Positions 36,216 to 49,143 of a DNA stretch of 64,000 nucleotides are shown here, in pieces (the stretch's first letter is position 1; each line of letters opens with the position of its first letter). Location of the stretch: NCBI RefSeq assembly GCF_963921235.1, contig NC_086101.1:8868001-8932000 (forward strand), given 5' to 3'. The DNA comes from Mobula hypostoma. Taxonomy: Eukaryota. A program made the translations under genes and the position numbers. Below the pieces are notes generated by a model, which saw only the letters and a program-made list of their open reading frames with translations, did no database searches and was not told where the DNA came from.

Positions 36216-37533
36216 GTTTGAACCTCTCCAGTTTCAGCTCATCCTTTCTAAGATAAAGGGCCCAAACCTGCTCATAATACTCCAAATGAGGCCTGGCCAG
36301 TGCTTTATAAAGTTTCAACATTACATTCTTGCTTTTATGTTCTTGTCTTCTTGAAATGAATCCTAAAACCACATTTACCTTCTTTACCACAGACTCAATC
36401 TGCAAATTAACATTTAAGGAATCCTGCACAAGGACTCCCAAGTCCCTTTGCACCTCAGTTTTTAAGATATATTTTCTCTCCATTTAGAATATAGTCAAGC
36501 CTTACATTTCTTCTACCAAAGTGCATGACCATACACTTCCCAAAACTGTATTCCATCTGCCATTTCTTTGCCCATTCTCCAAAACTATCTAAGTCCTTCT
36601 GTAGCTTCTCTACTTCCTCAAAAGTACGTGCCCTTCTGTGTATTTTGATATCGTCTGCAAACTTTTCAAAAAAGCCATCAATTCTACCGTCCAAATAATT
36701 GACATACAATGTAAAAATAATCAGTCCCAACACAGACCCCTGTGGAACACCATGAGCAACTGGCAGCCAGCCAGAAAAGGCTCCATATATTCTCACTCTT
36801 TGCCTCCTGCAAATCAGCCACTGCTTGTCCTTGCTAGGACCTTTCCTGTAATACCGTGGGCTCGTAGCTTGTTAAATAACCTCATGTGTGGCACCTTCTC
36901 AAAGGGGCCTTCTGAAAATCCAAGTACACAACATCAACACATTCTCCTTTATTTATCTGGCTTGTTATTTCTTCAAAAAATTCCAAAAGATTTGCCAGGT
37001 AAGATTTTCCCTTGAGGAAACCATGCTGACTACAGTCTATTTTATCATGTGCCTCCAAGTACCCTGACAACTCCTCCTCAATAATCAACTTCAACATCTT
37101 CCCAGCCACTGAGGTCAGACTAACTGGCCCAGAGTTTCCTTTATTCTGCCTCTCTCTTCTTGAACAGTGGAGAGACATTTAGAACTTTGCAGTCTTCCAG
37201 AACCATTCAAGAATCTAGTGATTCTTGAAGGATCATTACTAATGCCTCCACGATCTCTTCAGCCACCTCTTTCAGAACTCTGGCATGTACACCATCTAGT
37301 CCAGGTGACAGCTACCTTAATATCTTTCAGTTTCCCACGAACCTGTTCTCTGGTAATGCGAACTTCACGCACGGCATGCCACCTGACACCTGTAACTTCC
37401 ACCATCCTGCTAGTCTCTTCCACAGTGAAGATTGATGCAAAATACGTCTTCAGTTCATCCACCCCTTCATTGTCCCCCATTACTACCTCCCCAGCATTAT
37501 TTTCCAGCAGTCTGATATCCACTCTTGCCTCTC

Positions 37534-40500
37534 TCTAATCCAGAAATTAGCATCTCCCGCGTACTAATTTCTAGATTGCCCCCTATGCCACGTGTCAGTG
37601 AGGGTAGAAACAGGATGATTTGGCAGATAAATGTGTGGCTGAGAAGCTGGTGCAGGGACAGGGTTTCAGGTTCTTGGATCATTGGGATCTCTTCTGGGGG
37701 AGGTATGACATGTTCAATAGTGATGGGTTGCACCTGAACCGAGGGGAACCAATATTCTCGCGGGCAGGTTTGTTAGAGCTGTTGGGGACGGTTTAAACTA
37801 ATGTGGTAGCGGGGTGGGAACCATGGTGAAGGGACTCAGGATAGGACGGATAGTGAAAAATAAAGATAGCGTGCAGTCAGACTGTCAGGAAGGGCAGGCA
37901 TGTGATGGGCCTCAGTTGCAGTCAACAGGCTGAGTATCAAAACATTAGGGATGCAGAATCAGAAAGGACAGCAAATACGGTACTCAAGGTGATGTCTCTA
38001 AATGCACGTAGTGTAAGAAGTAAAGTGTATGATCTTGTTGCACGATTACAAATTGCCAGGTATGATGTTGTAGCCATCACTGAATTGTGGCTGAAGGATG
38101 GTTGTAGTTGGGAGCTGAATATCCAAGTTACACATTATATCGGAGTGATAGGAAGGTAGGCAGAGGGGGTGGTGTGGCTCTACTGGTAAAGAATGGCATC
38201 AAATCACTAGAAGAATGTGACATAGGATCGGAAGATGTTGAATACTTGTGGGTTGAGTTAAGAAACTGCAAGGATAAAAAGACATTGATGGCAGTTATAT
38301 ACAGGCCTCCCAACAGAGCTGGGAATTGGAACACAGATTACAACAGGAAATGGAACAGGCATGTCAAAAGGGCAATGTTATGGTAGTGATGGGAGATTTT
38401 AACATGCAGGTCGATTTGGGAAATCAGGTTGGTAATGGATCTCAAGAGAGTGAGTTTGTTGAATGCCTAAGCGATGGCATTTAAATCAGTTTGCATTGGT
38501 CTACCAGGGGATGAGCTATACTGGACTGGTTGTTATGTAATGAACCGGACGCGATTAGGGAACTGAAGGTAAAAGAACTCTTCAGAACCAGTGATCACAG
38601 TATGATTGAGTTCAACCTGTAACTGGATAGGGAGAAAGTAAAGGCTGATGTAGCAGTATTTCAGTGGAGTAAGGGAAATTACAGTGGTATGAGAGGAGTT
38701 GGCTGAAGTAATTTGGAAAGAGCTGCTGGCAGGGATGTCAGCAGAGCAGCAATGGTGTGCGTTTCTGGGAAAAATGAGGAAGGTGCAGGACATGAGTATT
38801 TCTTCATTTCTTCCAAAAATGAAGAAATACTCAAATGGTAAAATAGTACAACCGTGGCTGACAAGGGAAGTCAAAGCTATTGTAAAAGCAAAAGAAAGAG
38901 CAGACAACAAACCAAAAATTAGTGGGATGATAGCGGATTGGGAAGTTTTTAAAAACCTACAGAGAGCAACTAAAAAAATCATTGGAAGGGAAAAATATGA
39001 AATATGAAAGCAAGCTAGCAAATAATATCAAAGTAGACGGTAAAAGTTTTTTCAAGTGTGTTAAAAATAACAGAGAAATGAGAGTGGATATAGGACCGCT
39101 AGAAAATGAGGCAGGAGAAATAATAACAGGGCACAAGGAGACGGCTGATGAACTAAATGAGTATTTGCATCAGTCTTCACTGTGGAAGACACTAGCAGTG
39201 TGCCTGATGTTGTAGTGTGTGAAGGAAGAGAAGTTGGTGAAGTTACTGTTACAAGAGAGAAGGTGCTCAAAAAGCTGAAAGACCTAAAGGTTCATAAGTC
39301 ACCCAGACCAGAGGAACTGTACCCTAATGTTTTGAAAGAGGTCGCATTAGAGATTGTGGTGGCATTAGAAATGACCTTTCAAAAATGATTGGACTCTGGC
39401 ATGGTGTCAGAGGTCTGGAAATTTGCAAATGTCACTCCACTCTTTAAGAAAGGAGGAAGGCAGCAGAAAGGAAATTATAGACCAATTAGCCTGGCTTCAG
39501 TGGTTGGGAAGATGTTTGAGTCAATTGTTAAGGATAAGGTGATGGAGTACATGGTGACACAGGAAGAGATAGTATAAAGTCAGCATGGTTTCCTTCAGGG
39601 AAAATCCTGCCTGACGAACATGTTGGAATTCTTTGAGGAGATTACAAGTAGGATAGACAAAGGGGCTGCAGTGGATGTTGTGTATTTGGACATTCAGAAG
39701 GCCTTTGACAAGGTCCCACACAAAAGGCTGCTTACCGAGTTAGAGCCCATGTTATACAGGGAAGATACTGGCATGGTTACAGCATTGACTGATTGGAAGG
39801 AGGCAGCAAGAGGGAACCAAAGGATCATTTTCTGGTTGGCTGTCAGTGACTAGTGGTGTTCCGCAGGGGTCAGTGTTGGGACCACTTCTTTTTATGCTGT
39901 ATATTAATGATTTAGATGATGGAATAGATTGGTTTTTTGCCAAGTTTGCAGATGATACAAAGATTGGTGGATGGGCAGGTCGCTTTGAGGAAACAGGTAG
40001 GATGCAGAAGGACTTAGACACATTAGGAGTATGGGCAAGAAAGTGGCAAATGAAATACAATGTTGGAAAATGTATGGTCATGCACATTGGTAGTAGAAAT
40101 AAATGTGCAGACTATTTTCTAAATGGGATATGAGATCTAAATCTGAGATGCACAGGGACTTGGGAGTCCTTGTGCAGAACACCCTAAAGGTTAACTTGCA
40201 GGTTGAGTTGGTGGTGAGGAAGGCAAATGCCATGTTTGCATTCATTTCAAGAGGTCAAGAATACAAGAGCAAGGATGTGATGCTGAGGCTTTAAAAGTCA
40301 CTGGTGAGGCCTCACCTTGAATATTGTGAACAGTTTTAGGCTCCTCATCTGAGGAAGATGTGCTGGCATTGGAGAGGTTCCAGAGGAGGTTCACAAGGAT
40401 GATTCCAGGAATGAAAGGGTTGTCACACAAGGAACATTTCATGGCTCTGGGTCTGTACTCACTGAAATTCAGAAGGATGAGGGGGGGATCTCATTGAAAC

Positions 40501-40876
40501 CTTTCGAATGTGGAAACGCCGAGACAGAGTAGATGTGGAAAGAATGTTTCCAATGGTGGGAGAGTCCAGGACAAGAAGGCACAGACTCAGGATAGAGGGG
40601 TGCCCTTTCAAAACAGAGATGAGGAGAAATTTCTTTAGCCAAAGGGTGGTGAGTTTGTTAAATTTGTTGCCACATGCAGCTGTGGAGGACAGGTCGTTGG
40701 GTGTATTTAAGGCAGAGATTGATAAGTTCTTGAATGGACATGGTTTCAAAGGTTACGGGGAGAAGGCTGGAAACCGGGCTTGAGGAGGAGATAAAAAAAA
40801 GGATCAGCCATGATTGAATGGCGGAGCAGAGTCGATGGGCAGATGGCCTAATTCTACTCCCATGTCTTATGGTCTT
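37534..40876 (+). mobile_element. CR1 (ORF1 SGNH-esterase C-terminus + decayed ORF2), duplication copy 1
   Basis: WLRSWC..DHWDLFW..DGLHLN; NARSVRSK, AITELW, YLDIQKAFDKVPH, KFADDTK. Confidence 0.9.
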
Positions 40877-40903
40877 TTAAATTTTATGTATCTGAAGAAA
40901 CTT

Positions 40904-43563
40904 TTAGAAAGAGGTGATATAGGATCGGAAGGTGCAGAATCTTTATGGGTTGAGCTGAGAAGTTGCAGGGGTAAGAGGACCCTGATGGCAGTTATTTATA
41001 AGCCTCCAAACAGCTGCAGGGATGCGGACTACAAATTACAACAGGAAATAGAAAAGGCTTGTCAGAAGGGCAGTGTTGTGATAATTGTGGGGGATTTTAA
41101 CCTGCGAGTGGATTGGGAAAATCAGGTCGGCACTGGATCTCAAGAGAGAGAATTTGTAGAATGTCTGCGAGATGGCTTTCCAGAACAGCTTGTTGTTGAG
41201 CCCACTAGGGGATCGGCTGTACTGGATTGGGTATTGTGTAATGAACCGGAGGTGATTAGAGAGATTGAGGTGAAGGAACCCTAAGGAGACAGTGATCATA
41301 CATAATTGAGTTCACTGTGAAATTTGAAAAAGAGAAGCCGAAATCTGATGTGTCGGTATTTCAGTGGAGTAAAGGAAATTACAGTGGCATGAGAGAGGAA
41401 CTGGCCAAAGTTGACTGGAAAGGGACACTGGCGGGAAAGACAGCAGAGCAGCAGTGGCTGGAGTTTATGTGAGAAGTGAGGAAGGTGCAAGACAGGTATA
41501 TTCCAAAAAAGAATAAATTTTCGACTAGAAAAAGGATGCAACTGTGGTTGACAAGAGAAGTCAAAGCCAAAGTTAAAGCAAAGGAGAGGGCATACAAGGA
41601 AGCAAAAATTAGTGGGAAGACAGAGGATTGGGAAGTTTTTAAAACCTTACAAAAGGAAACCAAGAAGGTCGTTAAGAGAGAAAAGATTAGCCATGAAAGG
41701 AAGCTAGCAAATAATATCAAAGAGGATACTAAAAGCTTTTCCAAGTATATAAAGAGTAAAAGACAGGTGAGAGTAGATATAGGACCGATAGAAAATGATG
41801 CTGGAGAAATTGTCATGGGAGATAAGGAGATGGCAGAGGAACTGAACGAGTATTTTGCATCAGTCTTCACTGAGGAAGACATCAGCAGTATACCAGACAC
41901 TCAAGGGTGGCAGGAAAGAGAAGTGTGTGCAGTCACAATTACGACAGAGAAAGTACTCAGGAAGCTGAATAGTCTAAAGGTAGATATATCTCCTGGACCA
42001 GATGGAATGCGCCCTCATGTTCTGAAGGAAGTAGCTGTGGAGATTGCGGAGGCATTAGCGATGATCTTTCAAAAGTCGATACATTCTGGCATGGTTCCGG
42101 AGGACTGGAAGATTGCAAATGTCACTCCACTATTTATGAAGGGGGCAAGGAAGCAAAAAGGAAATTATAGACCTGTTAGCTTGACATTGGTGGTTGGGAA
42201 GTTGTTGGAGTCGATTGTCAAGGATGAGGTTACAGAGTACCTGGAGGCATATGACAAGATAGGCAGAACTCAGCATGGATTCCTTAAAGGAAAATCCTGC
42301 CTGACAAACCTATTACAATTTTTTGAGGAAATTACCAGTAGGTTAGAAAAGGGAGATGCAGTGGATGTTGTACATTTGGATTTTCAGAAGGCTTTTGACA
42401 AGGTGGCATACGTGAGGCTGCTAAACAAGATAAGAGCCCATGGAATTACGGGAAAGTTACACACGTGGGTAGAGCGTTGGCTGATTGGCAGGAAACAGAG
42501 AGTGGGAATAAAGGGATCCTGTTCTGGTTGGCTGCCGGTTACCAGTGGTGTTCCACCGGGTCAGTGTTGGGGCCGCTTCTTTTTACATTGTACATCAACG
42601 ATTTGGATTATGAAATCGATGGCTTTGTGGCTAAGTTTGCTGATGATACGAAGATAGGTGGAGGGGCCCGTAGTGCTGAGGAAAGGGAGAGTCTGCAGAG
42701 AGACTTGGATAGATTGGAAGAATGGGCAAAGATGTGGCAAATGAAGTACAATGTTGGAAAGTGTATGGTGATGCACTGTGGCAGAAAAAATAAATGGGCA
42801 GACTATTATTTAAATGGGGAAAGAATTCAAAGTTCGGAGATGCAACAGGACTTGGGAGGCCTCATACAGGATACCCTTAAGGTTATCCTCCAGGTTGAGT
42901 CGGTAGTGAAGAAGGCGAATGCAATGTTGGCATTCATTTCTAGAGGAATAGAGTATAGGAGCAGGGATGTGATGTTGAGGCTCTATAAAGCGCTGGTGAG
43001 ACCTCACTTAGAGTACTGTGGGCAGTTTTGGTCTCCTTATTTAAGAAAGGATGTGCTGACGTTGGAGAGGGTACAGAGAAGAATCACTAGAATGATTCCA
43101 GGAATGAGAAGGTTAACATATGAGGAACATTTGTCTGCTTTCGGACTGTATTCCTTGGAGTTTAGAAGAATGAGGGGAGACCTCATAGAAATATTTTGAA
43201 TGCTGAAAGGCATGGACAGAGTGGATGTGGCAAAGTTGTTTCCCATGATGGGGGAGTCTAGTATGAGAGGGCATGACTTAAGGATTGAAGGGCGCCCATT
43301 CAGAACAGAAATGCGAAGAAATTTTTTTCGTTAGAGGGTGGTGAATCTATGGAATTTGTTGCCATGGGCAGCAGTGAAGGCCAAGTCATTGGGTGTATTT
43401 AAGGCAGAGATTGATAGGTATCTGAGTAGCCAGGGCATCAAAGATTATGGTGAGAAGGCGGGGGAGTGGGACTAAATGGGAGAATGGATCAGATCATGAT
43501 AGAATGGCGGAGCAGACTCCATGGGCCGAATGGCCAGTTTCTGGTTCTTTGTTTTATGGTCTT
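40904..43563 (+). mobile_element. 5'-truncated CR1 ORF2 lying between the two duplicated blocks
   Basis: ORFs 40814-41284, 41476-42657 and 42465-43199; ttttatggtctt tail. Confidence 0.92.
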
Positions 43564-45171
43564 ATTCTCCAAAATTATCTAAGTCCTTCTGTAGCTTCTC
43601 TACCTCCTCAAAAGTACCTGCCCTTCCACCTATCTTCATATCATCTGCAAACTCTTTAACAAAGCCATTAATTCTATCATTCAAATAATTGACATACAAT
43701 GTATAAAGAATCAGTCCCAACACAGACCCCTGTGGAATACCACTAGCCACTGGCAGCCAGCCAGAAAAGGCTCCATTTATTCCCACTCTTTGCCTCCTGC
43801 CAATCAGCCACTGCTTTGTCCATACTGGGATCTTTCCTGTAATACCGTGGGCTCGTAGCTTGTTAAGTAGCCTCATGTGTGGCACCTTGTCAAAGACTTT
43901 CTGAAAATCCAAGTACACAACATCAATGATTCTTCTTTGTTTATCTGGCTTGTTATTTCTTCAAAGAATTCCAACAGATTTATCAGGCAAGATTTTTCCG
44001 TGAGGAAACCATGCTGACTACGGCCTATTTTATCCTGCGCCTCCAAGTACCCTGACAACTCCTCCTCAATAATCAACTTCAACATCTTCCCAGCCACTGA
44101 GGTCAGACTAACTGGCCCAGAGTTTCCTTTATTCTGCCTCTCTCTTCTTGAACAGTGGAGAGACATTTGCAATTTTCCAGCCTTCCAGAACCATTCAAGA
44201 ATCTAGTCATTCTTGAAGGGTCATTACTAATGCCTCCACGTTCTCTTCAACCACCTCTTTCAGAACTCTGGCATGTACACCATCTAGTCCAGGTGACAGC
44301 TACCTTAATTTCTTTCAGTTTCCCAAGAATCTGTTCTCTGGTAATGCGAACTTCACGCACGGCATGCCATCTGACACCTGTAACTTCCACCATACTGCTC
44401 GTCTCTTCCACAGTGAAGACTGATGCAAAATACGTCTTCAGTTCATCCACCCCTTCGTTGTCCTCCATTACTACCTCTCCAGCATTGTTTTCCAGCGGTC
44501 TGATATCCACTCTTGCCTCTCCCTAATCCAGAAATTAGCATCTCCCGGGTACTAATTTCTGGATTGCTGCCTGTGCCACGTGCCAGTGAGGGTAGAAACA
44601 GGATGATTTGGCAGATAAATGTGTGGCTGAGAAGCTGGTGCAGGGGGCAGGGCTTCAGGTTCTTGGATCATTGGGATCTCTTCTGGGGGAGGTATGACCT
44701 GTTCAATAGTGATGGGTTGCACCTGAACCGAGGGGAACCAATATTCTCGCGGGCAGGTTTGTTAGACCTGTTGGGGAGGGTTTAAACTAATGTGGTAGGG
44801 GGTGAGAATTGCAGTGAAGGGACTCAGGATAGGACGGATATTAAAAAAGTAAAGATAGCGTGCAGTCAGACTGTCAGGAAGGGCAGGCAGGTGATGCATC
44901 TTAGTTGCAGCTGAGTATCAAAACATTAGGGATGCAGAATCAGAAAGGACAGCAAATACGGTACTCAAGGTGATGTATCTAAATGCACGTAGTGTAAGAA
45001 ATAAAGTGGATGATCTTGTTGCATAATTACAAGTTGCCAGGTATGATGTTGCAGCCATCACTGAATTGTGGCTGAAGGATGGCTGTAGTTGGGAGCTGAA
45101 TGTCGAAGGTTACATATTATATCAGAGTGATAGGAAGGTAGGCAGAGGAAGTGGTGTGGCTCTACTGGTAA

Positions 45172-45587
45172 TAATAATGGCTCCGTCTGTCTAAGTAGAC
45201 AATGGACGTGCCCTTGGGGGCACAGACCTGGGCGATGAATATGGAGATCCTGGGCTGCCCAGACATCAAGATCCCCTCTCGGCCTCGCGGATGTGGTCCA
45301 AAGGAATGTGAAGCAGTACATTTGGCATCACCTTGGCTGCAGGAGCTGCTGGGTGGTGACGTGGTACGTCATCCAACCGCCTTAGGGGCTCCACTCTGGA
45401 TTTATGTAGGGTTTACTCCTTAGCCTTCTCTTCTCCTGAAAATACCCACAAGGCACTGGGATCCGTAACCCTGGATAGGGGTCCATACCGGGTACTGTCA
45501 GCCGGAGCCAGCTAAGCCCAGGACTCATGTAAGGCAGGGTCGTCACGCCCTGTAGTAGCAACATATGAAGCCACTACCCACTACCTT
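45172..45587 (-). mobile_element. Non-autonomous RTE-related element, 416 bp
   Basis: 11-bp TSD TCTACTGGTAA (45161-71 / 45588-98); (att)n tail; RTE-like 5' UTR and 3' end; absent from the paralogous site near 38180. Confidence 0.78.
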
Positions 45588-46664
45588 TCTACTGGTAAAG
45601 AATGGCATCAAATCAGTAGAAGAATGTGACATAGGATCGGAAGATGTTGAATACTTGTGGGTTGAGTTAAGAAACAGCAAGTATAAAAAGACGTTGATGG
45701 CAGTTATATACATGCCTCCCAACAGAGCTGGAAGGTGGACCACAGATTACAACAGGAAATAGAAAAGATGTGTCAAAAGGGCAATGTTATGGTAGTTATG
45801 GGAGATTTTAACATGCAGGTTGATTGGGAAAATTAGGTTGGTAGTGGATGTCAAGAGAGTGAGTTTATTGAATCCCTGAGAGATGGCATATAAAGCAGTT
45901 TGTCATTGAGGCTACCAGGGGATCAGCTATACTGGATTGGCTGTTATGTAATGAACCGGAGGCGATTAGGGAGCCGAAGGTAAAAAAACCCTTAGGAACC
46001 AGTGATCGCAGTATAATTGAGTTCAACTTGAAATTTGTTAGGGAAAAAGTAAAGTCTGATGTAGCAGTATTTCAGTGGAGTAAGGGAAATTACAGTGGTA
46101 TGAGAGAGGAGTCGGCCAAAGTAAATTGGAAAGAGCTGCTGGCAGGGATGTCAGCAGAGCAGCAATGGTGTGCGTTTCTGGGAAAAATGAGAAAGCCGCA
46201 GGACACGAGTATTTCTTCATTTCTTCCAAAAATGAAGAAATACTCAAATGGTAAAATAGTACAACCGTGGCTGACAAGGCAAGTCAAAGCCATTGTAAAA
46301 GCAAAAGAAAGAGCAGAAAACAAAGCAAATATTAGTGGGATGATAGCACATTGGGAAGTTTTTAAAAACCTACAGAGAGCAACTAAAAACATCATTGGAA
46401 GGGAAAAGATGAAATATGAAAGCAAGCTAGCAAATAATGTCAAAGTGGATGGTAAAAGTTTTTTCAAGTATGTTAAAAATAAAAGGGAAATGAGAGTGGA
46501 TATAGGACCGCTAGAAAATGAGGCAGGAGAAATAATAACAGGGGACAAGGAGATGGCTGGTGAACTAAATGACTATTTTGTATCAGTCTTCACTGTGGAA
46601 GACACTAGCAGTATGCCTGATGTTGTAGTGTGTGAAGGAAGAGAAGTGGGTGCAGTTACTATTA

Positions 46665-47286
46665 TGTAAAGCTCCGCTATATTGACTCGTATATATCTAA
46701 GGGAAATCCCGCCCGGCGCCCACCTGGATGGCTCCCGCTGGGTCAGTTGCTGTACCACTGCCACCCACGTCAGTCCCAAGCATCAATCATCAGGCAGCAC
46801 GCACAGTACGTTTTACCAAGTACACTTTATAGATATTACTAAGTCTATGACATTAATGTAAGTTCCATAGAGAAAAAAAGAAGTAATGGAAAAAGGCGCT
46901 AGACTTATCAAAATTCAAGTTCTTCATGCACAAGTTGGAGCTCAGAAAGTTGTTTGGGACCACCCGGACCCTGTCGACTCACGGCTTGGGACCACCCGGA
47001 GTGATCAACCGGAGCCTTCCCCGTCTCCCGTCCGACACCCTGCCAAAAACCTTCATTCCCAGTCACATGAGACAGCATTATCACCCCAAGAAATAATAAC
47101 ATGAATACCCATTGGCTAATAGCACACTGCTATCTGTATTAACCGAAGCAAATTTCTAGCTTGAGATTTTCTCAGCATTTACCATAACATAGAAGCCATT
47201 TTAATCCACATACGCAGCAGTTTAAAAGATTAACAAAACAAAGAAGCCATTTAAAATTTAACGTACAAAGAAGAGACCCCGTATAC
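46665..47286. mobile_element. ~620-bp insertion, possibly a solo LTR (third family)
   Basis: Starts TGTAA and interrupts CR1 at gttactatta|caagagag; absent from copy 1 (~39250). The right terminus and TSD are degenerate. Confidence 0.55.
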
Positions 47287-49143
47287 TTACAAGAGAGAAA
47301 GTGCTCAAAAAGCTGAAAGACCTAAAGGTACATAAGTCACCCGGACCAGAGGAACTGCACCCTGGGGTTCTGAAAGAGGTAGCATTAGTGATTGTTGTGG
47401 CATTTCAGAAATAATTCGACTCTTGCATGGTGTCAGAGGACTGGAAAAGTGCAAATGTCACTCCACTCTTTAAGAAAGGAGGAAAGCAGCAGAAAGGAAA
47501 TTATAGACCAGTTAGCCTGACCTCAGTAGCTGGGAAGATGTTTAAGTTAATTGTTAAGGATAAGGTGATGGAGTACATGGTGACACAGGACAAGATAGTA
47601 TAAAGTCAGCATGGTTTCCTTCAGGGAAAATCCCATCTGACGAACCTGTTGGAATTATTTGAGGAGATTACAAGAAGGATAGATAAAGGGGATGCAGTGG
47701 ATGTTGTATATTTGGACATTCAGAAGGTCTTTGACAAGGTGCCACACATGAGGTTGCTTCCCAAGTTAAGAGCCCGTGGTATTACAGGAAAGTTACTAAC
47801 ATGGTTAGAGCATTGACTGATTGGTAGTAGGCAGTGAGTGGGAATAAAAGGATCCTTTTCTGGTTGGCTGCCAGTGACTATAGGTGTTCTACAGGGGTCC
47901 GTGTTGGGATCACTTCTCTTTATGCTGTGTATAAATAATTTAGATGATGGAATAGATGGCTTTTTTGCCAAGTTTGCAGATGATACAAAGATTGGTGGAT
48001 GGGCAGGTAGTGTTGAGGGAACAGGAAGGATGCAGAAGGACTTAGGCAGATCAGGAGTATGGGCAAGAAAGTGGTAAATGAAATACAATGTTGGAAAATG
48101 CATGGTCATGCACATTGGTAGTAGAAATAAATGTGCAGTCTATTTTCTTAATGGGGAGAAAATCCAAAATTCTGAGATGAAAACTCCCAAGTCCTTGTAC
48201 AGAACACCTTAAAGGGTGACTTGCAGGTTCAGTCAGTGGTGAGGAAGGGAAATGCCAAGTTAGCATTCATTTCAAGAGGTTTAGAATACAAAAGCAAGGA
48301 TGTGATACTGAGGCTTTAAAAGTCACTGGTGAGGCCTCACCTTGAATATTGTGAACAGTTTTGGCATCTCATCTTAGATAGATGTGCTGGCATTGGAGAG
48401 GTTCCAGAGGAGGTTCACAAGGATGATTCCAGAATGAAAGGGTTATCATACAAGGAACATTTCATGGCTCTGGGTCTGTACTCGCTGAAATTCAGAAGGA
48501 TGGGGGGGGGGAGGATCTCATTGAAACCTTTTGAATGTTGAAAGACCTAGACAGAGTAGATGTGGAAAGGATGTTTCCCGTTGTGGGAGAGTCCAGGACA
48601 AGAAGGCACAGCCTCAGGATAGAGGGACACCCTTTCGAAACAGAGATGAGGAGAAATTTATTTAGCCAAAGGGTAGTGAGTTTGTTAAATTTTGCCACAT
48701 GCAGCTGTGGAAGCCAGGTCATTGGGTGTATTTAAGGCAGAGATTGATAAGTTCTTGAATGGACATGATGTCAAAGGTTACGGGGAGAAGGCTGGAAACT
48801 GGGCCTGAGGAGGAGATTAAAAAAAGGATCAGCCAGGATTGAATGGCGGAGCAGAGTCAATGGGCAGATGGCCTAATTCTGCTCCTATGTCTTATGGTCT
48901 TTTAAACTTTGTGTATCTGAAGAAACTTCTGCTGTCCTTTTTAATATTATTGGCTAACTTAATTTTGTATTCCCTCTTTAGCTTCTTAATGACTTTTTTT
49001 AGTTGCCTTTTAAAAGCTTCCCAATCCTCTAACTTTCCACTACTTTTTGCTCTGTTTTATGCCCTCTCTTTGGCTTTTATGTTGGCTTTGACTTCTCTTG
49101 TTAGCCACATTTTGCCTTCAGAGTACTTCTTCTTTGGGATGTG

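Larger units (their letters stand above)
43564..48928. repeat. Second copy of block 36574-40903 (minus CR1 piece + plus CR1), carrying two extra insertions
   Basis: Shares the chimeric junction ccactcttgcctct|ctaatccagaaattagc (~37520 / ~44508) and the end tgtatctgaagaaactt. Confidence 0.9.

Noticed and set aside
41476..43199. Active autonomous CR1
   Set aside because: 5'-truncated with stops and a frameshift; no CR1 in the window has an intact ORF2.
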